A stretch of DNA of 64,000 nucleotides from Candidatus Eiseniibacteriota bacterium (GCA_963744995.1 CAVUWA010000002.1:544001-608000); one strand, 5' to 3'. Positions 9,292 to 19,700 are shown, counted from the stretch's first letter. Made by a program: numbers and translations. The notes: generated by a model from the letters alone, not told the origin.

Positions 9292-10238
9292 GCGAACGCG
9301 ATCCGCGCGCGGAAGCCGCCGACATCGCCCGGGGGCTGCGGCGTCACCTCGAGCGCGTGCAGGCGATGGGCGCGGGCGATCTGGTCGCACGCGACGCGCT
9401 CGCCGCCGCGACCGCGCTCACCGAACGCCTGAGCGCCGCGGCGCCGGCGTCGGCCGCTCCCGCGGCGCAGGCGAAGGAGGGTCCGCCCGCACCCGCCGCC
9501 GAGCCGCCGGTCACGGCCATGTCGTGGCGGACCAGGGCCGCGGCCCGGCCCGCGCCGGCCGCGCGCCGGGCGGCCGAGCCGGTGTTCGATCTGCCGTCCC
9601 ACCACGCACCGCTCAACCCGGGCGGTTTCGAGGCGCGCGCCGCGCTCTACGAAGCGTCGCTGCCGATCCTCGAGGCGATCGCGGGCGAGGTGCGACCGTG
9701 CGTCAAGTGCGGGCTCGCGGAAACGCGCACGAAGGCGGTGCCGGGCGCGGGCTCGGCGCGTTCGGGGATCGTGTTCGTGGGCGAAGCGCCGGGCGCGGAC
9801 GAGGACCGCAAGGGCATCCCGTTCGTCGGCCGCGCCGGCGAGCTGCTCACGAAGATCATCAAGGCGATGGACGACGCGAAGCTCATTCCCGGCGTCACGC
9901 TCGATCGCGAGACCGTGTACATCGCCAACGTGCTCAAGTGCCGTCCGCCCGAGAACCGCAATCCGCTGCCGCACGAGATCGAGACCTGCTCGCCGTACCT
10001 CAAGCACCAGCTCGAGATCCTCAGGCCGCGCATCATCTGCTGCCTCGGCAAGTTCGCCGCGGAACTGCTGGTCGGGGTCAAGGGCACGATCGCCGGCATG
10101 CGCGGGAAGATCTACCGGTATCAGGGCGCCAAGCTGATCGTGACGTACCACCCGGCCGCGTGCCTCCGGAACCCGGGCTACAAGCGCCCCGTCTGGGAGG
10201 ACATGCAGCTGCTCGCGAAAGAGTATCTTGCCGATTGA
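9288..10238 (+). CDS. Uracil-DNA glycosylase family 4
   Basis: CVKC, VGEAPGADED...PFVGRAG, NVLKCRPPENR, TYHPAA; ATG overlaps the coaBC stop. Confidence 0.92.
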   Translation: MSERDPRAEAADIARGLRRHLERVQAMGAGDLVARDALAAATALTERLSAAAPASAAPAAQAKEGPPAPAAEPPVTAMSWRTRAAARPAPAARRAAEPVFDLPSHHAPLNPGGFEARAALYEASLPILEAIAGEVRPCVKCGLAETRTKAVPGAGSARSGIVFVGEAPGADEDRKGIPFVGRAGELLTKIIKAMDDAKLIPGVTLDRETVYIANVLKCRPPENRNPLPHEIETCSPYLKHQLEILRPRIICCLGKFAAELLVGVKGTIAGMRGKIYRYQGAKLIVTYHPAACLRNPGYKRPVWEDMQLLAKEYLAD

Positions 10239-10314
10239 GCCCTGGTCGCCCGGCCCCCGCTGACGCCGCATGCGCGGCCCCGTCGCCCGGCCGCCACATG
10301 GAAGGACCCACATC

Positions 10315-11700
10315 ATGACCGACATCGTTACGCGCCCCGCGTCGCTCGCCCCGCCCGGGACCATGCCGCCGCAGGCGCTCGAGGCGGAGCGCGCCGTGCT
10401 CGCGGCCATGCTGCTGGATCAGGAGGCCGTCGGGAAGGCGATCGAGATGATCGACGGCAGCGCCTTCTACCGCAGCGCGCATCAGAAGATCTTCGCAGCG
10501 ATCATCGCGCTCTACAACCGCAACGAGCGCGCCGACCTGATCACCGTCTCCGAGGAGCTGCGCAAGAACGGCGAGCTCGAAATGGTCGGCGGCCGCGAGG
10601 CCCTGGCGCAGGTGATCGAGTATGCGACCGCGTCGCAGAACGTGGACGAGCACATCCGGATCATCCACTCGAAGTCCATACTGCGCATGCTCATCAAGGC
10701 GACCGGCGAGATCCAGCAGGAGTGCTACGCGGCGAGCGACGAAACCGCGAAGATCCTCGACCACGCCGAGCAGCGCGTTTTCGAGATCACCGACGCGCGG
10801 GTGCGGCAGGGGTTCGTGCCGCTGCGCGACCTGCTGAAGCCGGCGTTCGAGCACATTCAGAAGCTGTTCGAACGGAAGGTGTTCGTGACCGGCGTCCCGT
10901 CCGGCAACGACGATCTCGACAAGAAGACCGCGGGCTTCCAGTCGGGCGATCTGGTGATCGTCGCCGGACGGCCCTCGATGGGCAAGACCAGCTACGCGCT
11001 CAACGTGGCCGAGGCCGCGGCGATCCGGCATCAGGTGCCGGTGGCGGTGTTCTCGCTCGAAATGAGCAAGGAGCAGCTCACCCAGCGCCTGCTGTGCTCG
11101 CAGAGCGAAGTCGCCCTGCACAAGCTGCGCAGCGGCTACCTGGCGCAGGAGGACTGGCCGCGGCTCACCACGGCGGCGGGGCTGCTCACCCAGGCGCCGA
11201 TCTTCATCGACGACTCGCCGACGCTCACCGTGCTCGAGATCCGCGCCAAATGCCGGCGGTTGAAGGCCGAGAGCCGGCTCGGCATGGTCGTGATCGACTA
11301 CCTGCAGCTGATCTCGCCGGGCGGCCGTGCCGAGAACCGCGTGCAGGAGATCTCGCAGATCACCCGTTCGCTGAAGGCCCTCGCCAAGGAGCTGAACGTG
11401 CCGGTGATCGCGCTGTCGCAGCTCTCGCGCGCGGTGGAGACGCGCGACAAGACGGGACGGCCGCAGCTCTCGGACCTGCGCGAATCGGGCTCGATCGAGC
11501 AGGACGCGGACCTCGTGATGTTCGTGTACCGTGAGGTGGTCTACAACCGCGAGACGCCGGAGCCGAACAAGGCGCAGATCATCATCGCCAAGCAGCGCAA
11601 CGGCCCGACCGGCGACGTGGACATGACGTTCCTGAGGGAATGCACGAAGTTCGTGCCCTACAGCCCGATGATGCCGGGCGAGACGGAGCCATCGTTCTAG
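10315..11700 (+). CDS. dnaB: Replicative DNA helicase
   Basis: PPQALEAE, AGRPSMGKT, FSLEMS, IDYLQL, LSQLSR, SDLRESGSIEQDAD. Confidence 0.97.
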   Translation: MTDIVTRPASLAPPGTMPPQALEAERAVLAAMLLDQEAVGKAIEMIDGSAFYRSAHQKIFAAIIALYNRNERADLITVSEELRKNGELEMVGGREALAQVIEYATASQNVDEHIRIIHSKSILRMLIKATGEIQQECYAASDETAKILDHAEQRVFEITDARVRQGFVPLRDLLKPAFEHIQKLFERKVFVTGVPSGNDDLDKKTAGFQSGDLVIVAGRPSMGKTSYALNVAEAAAIRHQVPVAVFSLEMSKEQLTQRLLCSQSEVALHKLRSGYLAQEDWPRLTTAAGLLTQAPIFIDDSPTLTVLEIRAKCRRLKAESRLGMVVIDYLQLISPGGRAENRVQEISQITRSLKALAKELNVPVIALSQLSRAVETRDKTGRPQLSDLRESGSIEQDADLVMFVYREVVYNRETPEPNKAQIIIAKQRNGPTGDVDMTFLRECTKFVPYSPMMPGETEPSF

Positions 11701-11715
11701 TGACGGATCACGGCC

Positions 11716-12534
11716 GTGGCTGAAGAAACGCCTTCGCTGGGGCACGATCTCTCGCGGATCGCGGACATCGCGAACGACCGGCTCGGCGACTGGTTCGCCG
11801 AGGTCGGTCGCGTCATGATGATGCTCGGCGCCGCAACGCGCTTCCTCTGGAAGGGTCTGCGTTCGTTCGGGCTCGTCGTCGAGCAGATGCAGCTGATCGG
11901 CGTCGGCTCGCTGTGGCTGGTCGCCGTCGTCAGCCTGTTCACCGGCGCGGTGGCCGCGGTGCAGGCGGCCTACCAGTTTTCGACCGTCGTGCCGCTCAAG
12001 TACCTGGGCTCGGTCATCCTGCGTTCGGTGATCATCGAGCTCGGGCCGGTGCTCACCGCGCTGGTCGTGGGCGGCCGCGTCGGCGCCGCGATCGCGGCCG
12101 AGCTCGGCACCATGAAGGTCACCGAGCAGATCGACGCGCTGCAGGCGATGGGCATCAACCCGATCCGCTACCTGGTCGTGCCGCGGCTGATCGCCGCGAC
12201 GTTCATGCTGCCGATCGTGGTGATCTTCGCCGACGCGATCGCGATCCTCGGCGGCTACGTGGTGGCGGTGACGACGATCGGCGTGAGCACCCACACCTAC
12301 GTGCAGAGCCTCCAGCAGTTCTTCTACATGAAGGACCTGTTCTCCGGCCTCCTCAAGGCGGTCTTCTTCGGCGGCATCATCGGTGCGATGGGCTGTCACT
12401 ACGGCCTGGAGACGCGCGGCGGCGCCGAGGGCGTAGGGCTGGCCACGACGCGGGCCGTGGTGTCGTCGTGCGTGCTCGTGCTGATCAGCGACTACGTGCT
12501 CGCCAACGTGCTCTTCCGGTTGATCTTCAAATGA
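11716..12534 (+). CDS. mlaE: MlaE family ABC transporter permease
   Basis: ELGPVLTALVVGGRVGAAIAAELGTMKVTEQIDALQAMGINPIRYLVVPR. Confidence 0.93.
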   Translation: MAEETPSLGHDLSRIADIANDRLGDWFAEVGRVMMMLGAATRFLWKGLRSFGLVVEQMQLIGVGSLWLVAVVSLFTGAVAAVQAAYQFSTVVPLKYLGSVILRSVIIELGPVLTALVVGGRVGAAIAAELGTMKVTEQIDALQAMGINPIRYLVVPRLIAATFMLPIVVIFADAIAILGGYVVAVTTIGVSTHTYVQSLQQFFYMKDLFSGLLKAVFFGGIIGAMGCHYGLETRGGAEGVGLATTRAVVSSCVLVLISDYVLANVLFRLIFK

Positions 12535-13277
12535 TCCGGATCCGCGGGCTCAGGAAGCGCCTCGGCGACAAGCAGGTGCTCGACGGTGTGGATCTCGACA
12601 TCGGCAGCGGCCAGACGATCGTGGTGATCGGGCGCAGCGGCACCGGCAAGAGCGTTCTGCTCAAGCACATCATCGGCCTGATGGAGCCCGACGCGGGGTC
12701 GATCGAGATCGAGGGCGAGGAGATCGTCGGCATGCCCGAGGCGCGCATGAACGAAGTGCGGATGCGCTTCGGCATGCTGTTTCAGAGCGCCGCACTGTTC
12801 GATTCGATGACGGTGGGCGAAAACGTGGGGCTCGCGCTGCGCGAGCATCATCTGGCGCCGCCGGGCGAGGTCGAGCGCATCGTGTCCGAGCGGCTCGGAT
12901 GGGTGGGGCTGCAGGGCGTCGAAGAGACGCGGCCTTCCTCGCTCTCGGGCGGCATGCGCAAGCGCGTCGGGCTGGCGCGGGCGATCGCAGTCGATCCGGC
13001 CTACATCCTGTACGATGAGCCGACGACCGGGCTCGACCCGATCACGGCGGACGCGATCAACGAGCTGATCAAGAGCATGCAGCAGCGGCTGGGCGTCACC
13101 TCGATCGTGGTGACGCACGACATGACCAGCGCGTATCGTGTGGGCGACCGGGTCGCCATGCTCCACGACGGCAAGGTGGTCTTCGAAGGCACGATCGACG
13201 AAACGAAGCACACGACGGACCCGTTGGTCCGGCAGTTCATCGAAGGTTCTCGCGAAGGCCCGATCCGGGCGATCTGA
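12531..13277 (+). CDS. mlaF: MlaF family ABC transporter ATPase
   Basis: GRSGTGKS, FQSAALFDSMTV, LSGGMRKRVGLARA, YDEPTTGLDP; ATG overlaps the mlaE stop. Confidence 0.93.
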   Translation: MIRIRGLRKRLGDKQVLDGVDLDIGSGQTIVVIGRSGTGKSVLLKHIIGLMEPDAGSIEIEGEEIVGMPEARMNEVRMRFGMLFQSAALFDSMTVGENVGLALREHHLAPPGEVERIVSERLGWVGLQGVEETRPSSLSGGMRKRVGLARAIAVDPAYILYDEPTTGLDPITADAINELIKSMQQRLGVTSIVVTHDMTSAYRVGDRVAMLHDGKVVFEGTIDETKHTTDPLVRQFIEGSREGPIRAI

Positions 13278-13291
13278 ACGGGGAGCAGCGG

Positions 13292-14185
13292 ATGCAGCGA
13301 CAGCGTGAAATCCAGGTCGGCGTCACCGTGCTGGCCGCACTGGCCGTGCTGATCTGGGGCGTGAGCTGGCTCAAGGAGTTTTCGCTCCAGCGCTCGGTGA
13401 ACGTCTGGACGGTGATGTTTCCGCAGACCGGCGGACTCGGCGCCAGCGACGAGGTGCAGGTGAACGGCATCCGCAAAGGCGTCGTGCGCTCGATGGACCT
13501 GGTAGGCGACAAGGTGTACGTGAAGCTGGCGCTGGCCTCCGACGTGAAACTCACCACGGACAGCCGCGTCGCGATCCGCAACGTCGGCCTGATGGGCGAA
13601 AAGGTGATCGCCGTGGATCTGAGCTCGAGCGGCCAGGCCTACACGGCACAGGACACGATTCCGGGCGTGTACGAGCTCGGCATGGCCGAGGTGATGGCCT
13701 CGGTGGGCGAGGCGGTCTCGTCGGTGTCGGAGCTGAGCCGCCAGCTCGGTGCGATCGCCGACGCGCTCTCCGGGCAGGGCGACGTGGCCGGGACCATGAA
13801 GAACATCCAGGAGACCAGCGACCAGCTGCGGCTCATGGTCGAAGAGAACCGCAAGTCGGTGCGTGCGACACTGGCCAACGTCGAGGCGACGTCCAGCACC
13901 ATCAAGGGCCTCACCGTCGATCGCGAAGCGAAGCTCGGCAAGGCGGTGGACGACTTCGCCACCACGATGGCGCGCATGGACCGGCTGACGGCACGCCTCG
14001 ATTCACTGACGCAGTCGCTGAACTCGGTCGCCGCCAAGGTGGACCGCGGCGACGGCACGCTCGGCAAGCTGGTGAATCAGGACAAACTCTATGAAGATCT
14101 CAACGCGTCGGTCGCGTCGCTCAGGGCGCTGATCGCGGACATCCAGAAGAACCCGAAGGACTATTTCCGCTTCTCGATCTTCTGA
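13292..14185 (+). CDS. mlaD: MlaD/MCE family protein
   Basis: N-terminal TM segment, GL...VQVNGIRKGVV MCE domain, GLMGEK, coiled tail with GTLGKLV. Confidence 0.88.
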   Translation: MQRQREIQVGVTVLAALAVLIWGVSWLKEFSLQRSVNVWTVMFPQTGGLGASDEVQVNGIRKGVVRSMDLVGDKVYVKLALASDVKLTTDSRVAIRNVGLMGEKVIAVDLSSSGQAYTAQDTIPGVYELGMAEVMASVGEAVSSVSELSRQLGAIADALSGQGDVAGTMKNIQETSDQLRLMVEENRKSVRATLANVEATSSTIKGLTVDREAKLGKAVDDFATTMARMDRLTARLDSLTQSLNSVAAKVDRGDGTLGKLVNQDKLYEDLNASVASLRALIADIQKNPKDYFRFSIF

Positions 14186-14196
14186 GGCCCTGGCCC

Positions 14197-14350
14197 GCGC
14201 CGGCACCAGCGCCGGGAAACCCGTTCACGGGACCAGAATCGCGCCGGCTCCTGCCGGCGCGTTCTTCTCCCTCGGCGCGCCCGCCATCCATGGCTCCTGC
14301 GCGCCTGCGGGGCGTGCCGCGAACGGGTTTCCCGGCGCAGGTGCCGGCGC
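14197..14350. repeat. 154-bp element with 30-bp terminal inverted arms (1 mismatch); MITE-like element or structured RNA
   Basis: 14197-14226 GCGCCGGCACCAGCGCCGGGAAACCCGTTC pairs with 14321-14350 GAACGGGTTTCCCGGCGCAGGTGCCGGCGC. Confidence 0.8.
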
Positions 14351-14450
14351 TGTACCGCCGGCTGGGCGCGAAGCGTCCGGACACGTAAGATGCGCGGCCC
14401 GGGGCGGATGGGCCGCCCGGGACGACCCGCTCCCGCGGAGCCATCGACGC

Positions 14451-15992
14451 ATGGCCAGATCCAAAGCAGCGAAGACGCACTTCTTCTGCTCGCAGTGCGG
14501 GCACGAGGCCTCGAAGTGGTTCGGGCGCTGCCCGTCCTGCCAGGCCTGGAACACGGCGGCCGAGGCGCCGGTGGTGAAGGCGGAGACGGCGGCGCGGCGG
14601 GACGCGCGCGGGCGCGGGCGCTGGCGGACGGGCGACGCGGGGCCGGCGCGGCCGCGGCCGCTCGCCGAGGTGGAGGTCGCGCACGTCGAGCGCGCGGCGA
14701 CCGGCTTCGCCGAACTCGACCGCGTGCTGGGCGGCGGCATCGTGCCGGGCTCGCTGGTGCTGGTCGGCGGCGATCCCGGCATCGGCAAGAGCACGCTGCT
14801 CCTGCAATTGGCCTGCGCGCTCGCGGCGGAAGGCCAGCGCGTGCTCTACGTGACCGGCGAAGAGAGCGAGGCGCAGATCCGGCTGCGCGCCTCGCGCATC
14901 GGCACGGTGCCGCCTGCGCTGCTCGTGCTCTGCGAGACCGACGTGGATGCGCTGCTCGAGGCGGCCGAGGCGGCGCGGCCGGCGGTGCTGGTCGCCGACT
15001 CGATCCAGACGCTGTCGCGCGCCGAGGTCGAGGGTGCGCCCGGCGCGGTGTCCCAGATCCGCGAGTGCGGGCTCGTGCTCATGCACTTCGCCAAGGCGAC
15101 GCGCACGACGACGTTCCTCGTCGGCCACGTGACCAAGGAGGGTGCGGTCGCCGGCCCGCGCGTGCTCGAGCACATGGTGGACGCGGTCCTCTACCTGGAA
15201 GGCGAGCGCTACCAGCACTACCGCGTGCTGCGCGCGGCGAAGAACCGCTTCGGCTCGACCGACGAGCTCGGCGTGTTCGAGATGACCGGCGGCGGGCTCG
15301 CGGAGGTCGCCAACCCGAGCGCGGCCTTCCTGTCCGAATCGCAGCGCACCGAACCCGGCTCGGCGGTGGTCGCCAGCCTCGAAGGCACGCGGCCGCTGCT
15401 GGTCGAGGTGCAGGCGCTGGTCTCGACCTCGTTCTACGGGACGCCGCAACGGGTCACGAGCGGCTTCGACCCGCGCCGCCTGGCGGTGCTGCTCGCGGTG
15501 CTCGAGCGGCGCGTCGGCCTGAGGCTCGGGCGGCACGACGTGTTCGTCACGGTTACGGGGGGCATGAGGCTCGACGAGCCGGGCACCGATCTCGGCGTCG
15601 CCCTCGCGGTGGCGTCGTCGTTCCTGTCGCGGCCGGTGCTCGAGCGCACGCTCGCGGTGGGCGAGGTCAGCCTGTCCGGCGAGCTCCGGCGGGTCTCGCG
15701 CGTCGCGGCGCGCGTGCGCGAGGCGGCGCAGCTCGGTTTCGAGCGCGTCGGCGTGCCCGCGCCGCAGCTCGCCGATGCGCAGGGGCTCGGCGTCGAAGCG
15801 ATTCCGCTCACGCATCTGCGCGAGGCGATCGAGCTGCTGCTCGGCGAGAAGGTGCCGCGCGCCGGGCGGGCGCCCGTGGCAGGCGCGGACGCGGACGAGG
15901 CGGCGCGACGCACGCGCGCGGCGGCGGCGCGGCTCGGCGAGCCGGGCGCCGCCGCCGGTGAGCGCCGGAGCGGCGGGGGGCGCCGCCGGTGA
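14451..15992 (+). CDS. radA: DNA repair protein RadA/Sms
   Basis: CSQCG..KWFGRCPSC zinc finger, GGDPGIGKSTLLLQ, KNRFG. Confidence 0.97.
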   Translation: MARSKAAKTHFFCSQCGHEASKWFGRCPSCQAWNTAAEAPVVKAETAARRDARGRGRWRTGDAGPARPRPLAEVEVAHVERAATGFAELDRVLGGGIVPGSLVLVGGDPGIGKSTLLLQLACALAAEGQRVLYVTGEESEAQIRLRASRIGTVPPALLVLCETDVDALLEAAEAARPAVLVADSIQTLSRAEVEGAPGAVSQIRECGLVLMHFAKATRTTTFLVGHVTKEGAVAGPRVLEHMVDAVLYLEGERYQHYRVLRAAKNRFGSTDELGVFEMTGGGLAEVANPSAAFLSESQRTEPGSAVVASLEGTRPLLVEVQALVSTSFYGTPQRVTSGFDPRRLAVLLAVLERRVGLRLGRHDVFVTVTGGMRLDEPGTDLGVALAVASSFLSRPVLERTLAVGEVSLSGELRRVSRVAARVREAAQLGFERVGVPAPQLADAQGLGVEAIPLTHLREAIELLLGEKVPRAGRAPVAGADADEAARRTRAAAARLGEPGAAAGERRSGGGRRR

Positions 15993-16699
15993 GCACCACG
16001 GCGATCCTGCTCTGTGCCGGAAAGGGCGAGCGCCTCGGCGCCGATCTGCCCAAGGCGCAGGTGCCGCTCGCCGGGCGGCCGCTGTTCACCTGGAGCCTCG
16101 AGGCGCTCGAGCGCGCGCACGCGATCGACGCGATCGTGATCGTCGGCCCGGTGCGCACGCTGCGCGAGCTGCTGGCCGCGAGCGGACTCGCCGTGAACAA
16201 GGTGACGGCATGGTCCGAGGGCGGCCGCGAGCGCCAGGACTCGGTGGCGCGCGGGCTGCGCGTCCTGCCCGCCGACGCGACCCTGGTGGTGATTCACGAC
16301 TGCGCGCGTGCGCTGGCGACGCCCGCGCTGATCGACCGCGTGAGCGGCGACGCGCTCGCCCACGGCGCGGCGATCGCCGCCGTGCCGCTCGAGGACACGC
16401 TCAAGCGCACGACGCTCGAGGTGATCGACACGACCGTGCCGCGCGCCTCGCTGTGGCGCGCGCAGACGCCGCAGGCATTCCGGCGCGACTGGATCGAGGC
16501 GGCGCACGAGCATGCGGCCGGCAGGGCCACCGACGACGCGGCGCTGGTCGAGGCGCTCGGGCATCCGGTGCGCGTCACGATGGGCGATCCCATGAACGTG
16601 AAGATCACCACGGCCGGCGATCTCGCGCTGGCCGAAGCGTGGCTCGAGCGCCGCGCGCAGGCGGCGGGCGCCGCCGACGCGGGGCAGGGGAGGGAGTGA
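15989..16699 (+). CDS. ispD: 2-C-methyl-D-erythritol 4-phosphate cytidylyltransferase
   Basis: LCAGKGERLG..PK, GGRERQDSV, HDCAR, AQTPQAF, TDDA, NVKITT. Confidence 0.93.
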   Translation: MSTTAILLCAGKGERLGADLPKAQVPLAGRPLFTWSLEALERAHAIDAIVIVGPVRTLRELLAASGLAVNKVTAWSEGGRERQDSVARGLRVLPADATLVVIHDCARALATPALIDRVSGDALAHGAAIAAVPLEDTLKRTTLEVIDTTVPRASLWRAQTPQAFRRDWIEAAHEHAAGRATDDAALVEALGHPVRVTMGDPMNVKITTAGDLALAEAWLERRAQAAGAADAGQGRE

Positions 16700-16700
16700 G

Positions 16701-17180
16701 ATGGCCGTGCGCACCGGCATCGGCTACGACGTCCACGTGAAGGCGCCGGGACGGCCGCTCCACCTGGGCGGCGTTCGCTTCGACAGCGAATGGGGCCTCG
16801 AAGGGCACAGCGACGCGGACGTCGTGCTGCACGCGATCGGCGATGCGCTGCTCGGCGCGGTCGCGCTCGGCGACCTGGGCGAGCACTTTCCGCCGGGCGA
16901 TCCGCGCTGGAAGGACGCGCCGAGCCTCGATCTGCTCAAGCGGATCCGAGCAATGCTCGAGCAGCGCGGGGCGCGCATCGTGAACGTGGATGCCACGCTG
17001 GTTGCCGAGGCGCCGCGGATCATCGGCATGCGCGACGCCATGCGCACCCACATCGCACAGGCGCTGAAGATCGGCATCGGCGAGGTGTCGGTGAAGGCGA
17101 CGACCAACGAGGGACTCGGCGCCCTCGGCCGCGGCGAAGGGCTCGCGGCATGGGCGATCGCGACCGTGGAGACGCCTTGA
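16701..17180 (+). CDS. ispF: 2-C-methyl-D-erythritol 2,4-cyclodiphosphate synthase
   Basis: GIGYDVH, GHSDADVVLHAIGDALLGA, SVKATTNEGLG. Confidence 0.96.
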   Translation: MAVRTGIGYDVHVKAPGRPLHLGGVRFDSEWGLEGHSDADVVLHAIGDALLGAVALGDLGEHFPPGDPRWKDAPSLDLLKRIRAMLEQRGARIVNVDATLVAEAPRIIGMRDAMRTHIAQALKIGIGEVSVKATTNEGLGALGRGEGLAAWAIATVETP

Positions 17181-18625
17181 GCGACGCGCCGGTGCGGGTG
17201 CGGTTCGCGCCGAGCCCGACGGGCTGGCTGCACGTCGGCGGCGCGCGCACCGCGTACTTCAACTGGCTGTTCGCGCGGCAGCACGGCGGACGGTTCGTGC
17301 TGCGGATCGAAGACACCGATCTCGAGCGCTCGAGCGCCGCGAGCGAGCGCGGCGTGCTCGAAGATCTGCGCTGGCTGGATCTCGGGTGGGACGAGGGCCC
17401 GGACGTCGGCGGGCCCTGCGGGCCCTACCGCCAGAGCGAGCGGCTCGAGCACTATCGGTCGCGCGCCGCGGCCCTGGTCGAGACCGGCCGCGCCTTCCCG
17501 TGCTTCTGCACCGACGAAGAACTCGCCGAGCGGCGCCATGCGGCGACCGCGGCCGGCCGGCCGCCGCACTACGACGGCCGCTGCCGGGACCTCACGCCCG
17601 CGGCGCGCGCCGCGGCGCGGGCGGCGGGCCGCCCGGAGAGCGTGCGCTTCCGCGTCGCGCACCGCGACTGGTCGTTCGCCGACCTGGTGCGCGGCGACGT
17701 GACGTTCCCGGCCGGAATGGTCGGCGATTTCGTCATCCTGCGCTCCAACGGGCTGCCGACCTACAACTTCGCCTGCGTCGTCGACGACCATGCGATGCGC
17801 ATCTCGCACGTGATCCGCGCCGAGGAGCATCTGTCCAACACGCTTCGCCAGCTGATGCTGTTCGCCGCGCTGGACGCCGCACCCCCCACCTTCGCCCACG
17901 TGCCGCTGATCCTCAACGCCGACCGCACCAAGATGAGCAAACGCGCGGGCGAGGCGGCCGTGGCGGTGGGCGACTGGCGCCGCGCCGGCTACGCCGCGCC
18001 GGCACTGCTCGCGTACCTGGCGCTGCTCGGCTTCCACCCCGGCGACGGGCGCGAGATCCTGTCGCGCGCCGAGCTGCTGGAGGCGTTCACGCTCGAGCGG
18101 GTGGGCCGCAGCGGATCGGTGTTCGACCCCGCCAGGCTGCGCTGGACCAACGCGACGATCCTCCACCACGCCACGTCGAGCGAGCTGCGCGACTGGGGCG
18201 CGGACTTCCTGCCGGACGCCGCCCGCACGCTGCCGGAGACGGAAGTCGATGCGCTGCTCGAGCTGGTACGCGGGAATCTGACCACGCTCACCGATCTGGA
18301 GTTGGAGCTGGCGCCGTTCGTCGGCGAATCCTGGCCGGTCGAGCCCGCCGCGCGCGAGGTGCTGGCGGAACCGGCCGCGGCGCAGCGCTGCGGCGCGCTC
18401 GCGCAGGAACTCGATGCACTTGCGGAATGGAGCGCCGAAGGTTTTAAATCCACGCTCCTTGCGTTCGGCAGGCGCACGGGCATCAAGGGCCGGGATCTGT
18501 TCCAGCCGGTGCGTTCCGCGCTCACCGGGCGGACCCACGGTCCGGAGCTGCCGGCCATCGCGGCACGACTCGGCCGGGATCGATGCGTCGCACGCCTCAC
18601 CCGCGCCGCCCACCCGGGGCCGTGA
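17177..18625 (+). CDS. gltX: Glutamate--tRNA ligase
   Basis: VRFAPSPTGWLHVGGARTA, LRIEDTD, KMSKR; TTG start overlapping the ispF stop. Confidence 0.95.
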   Translation: MSDAPVRVRFAPSPTGWLHVGGARTAYFNWLFARQHGGRFVLRIEDTDLERSSAASERGVLEDLRWLDLGWDEGPDVGGPCGPYRQSERLEHYRSRAAALVETGRAFPCFCTDEELAERRHAATAAGRPPHYDGRCRDLTPAARAAARAAGRPESVRFRVAHRDWSFADLVRGDVTFPAGMVGDFVILRSNGLPTYNFACVVDDHAMRISHVIRAEEHLSNTLRQLMLFAALDAAPPTFAHVPLILNADRTKMSKRAGEAAVAVGDWRRAGYAAPALLAYLALLGFHPGDGREILSRAELLEAFTLERVGRSGSVFDPARLRWTNATILHHATSSELRDWGADFLPDAARTLPETEVDALLELVRGNLTTLTDLELELAPFVGESWPVEPAAREVLAEPAAAQRCGALAQELDALAEWSAEGFKSTLLAFGRRTGIKGRDLFQPVRSALTGRTHGPELPAIAARLGRDRCVARLTRAAHPGP

Positions 18626-18670
18626 GCCGCGCCCGCCGCGGGCTCTGAGACGTTCCACACGGAGGCGTTC

Positions 18671-19684
18671 ATGAAGGTGGCCGTGCTCATGGGAGGTCGA
18701 TCCTCCGAGCGCGAGATCTCGCTGCGCACCGGTCGTGGCGTGGCGCAGTCGCTGCGCCAGCTCGGCCACGAGGTGACGGCCGTGGACGCCGGCACCGGCC
18801 AGCTGCTCGAAGCGGGCCACGAGGAGGAGGCCGCGGCGCAGACCGCGCTCGAACACGCCCCGGCCTCCTCGCTCGTCACCGCGACGGCGATGCGCGCGGC
18901 GGACGTCGTGTTCGTCGCGCTGCACGGCGGGGAAGGCGAGAACGGGACGCTGCAGGCGCTGCTCGAACTCGCCGGCAAGCCCTACACCGGCTCCGGCATC
19001 CTGGCGAGCGCGATGGCCATGAACAAGGCGGTCTCCAAGCGGCTGTTCGAGCACGAGGGCATTCCGACGCCGGAGTGGCAGCTGGCCCATGCCGGAACGC
19101 CCGCCGAAGCGGTCGAGGCCGGCCGGCTCGGCGGCTTTCCGCTGGTGGTCAAGCCGAACGCCGAGGGCTCGACCGTGGGCCTCACGATCGTGAAGGACGC
19201 CACGGGGCTGCCCGCGGCGATCGCGCAGGCCGCGCGCCACGGGCCGGACGTGCTGATCGAGCGCTACATTCCGGGCCGCGAGCTGACGGTCGCGGTGCTC
19301 GGCGACGAGGCGCTGCCGATCGTCGAGATCCGCCCGAAGAGCGGCTTCTACGACTACGAATCGAAGTACACCGCGGGGAAGAGCGAATATGAAGTGCCGG
19401 CACGGCTGCCCGACGAGGTCGCGGCGCGCGTGCAGGGGCTCGCTCTCATGGCGTCGCGGGTCCTCGGCTGCGCCGGGGTGAGCCGCGTGGATTTTCGCCT
19501 CGATCCGCAGAACGAGCCGTACTGCCTCGAAGTGAACACGATTCCCGGCATGACTCCGACCAGTCTGGTGCCGATGGCGGCCCGGGCCCGGGGGATGTCC
19601 TACGAGCAGCTCGTCGATCGTCTGCTGCAGCTGGCCACCGCCGAACATCGGCGGCGCGCCGGGGGCGTGACGACGGGCGCCTGA
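18671..19684 (+). CDS. ddl: D-alanine--D-alanine ligase
   Basis: GGRSSEREISL, ALHGGEGENGTLQ, FYDYESKY, LEVNTIPGMTPTSL. Confidence 0.96.
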   Translation: MKVAVLMGGRSSEREISLRTGRGVAQSLRQLGHEVTAVDAGTGQLLEAGHEEEAAAQTALEHAPASSLVTATAMRAADVVFVALHGGEGENGTLQALLELAGKPYTGSGILASAMAMNKAVSKRLFEHEGIPTPEWQLAHAGTPAEAVEAGRLGGFPLVVKPNAEGSTVGLTIVKDATGLPAAIAQAARHGPDVLIERYIPGRELTVAVLGDEALPIVEIRPKSGFYDYESKYTAGKSEYEVPARLPDEVAARVQGLALMASRVLGCAGVSRVDFRLDPQNEPYCLEVNTIPGMTPTSLVPMAARARGMSYEQLVDRLLQLATAEHRRRAGGVTTGA

Positions 19685-19700
19685 ACGCGAGGGAGCAGTC

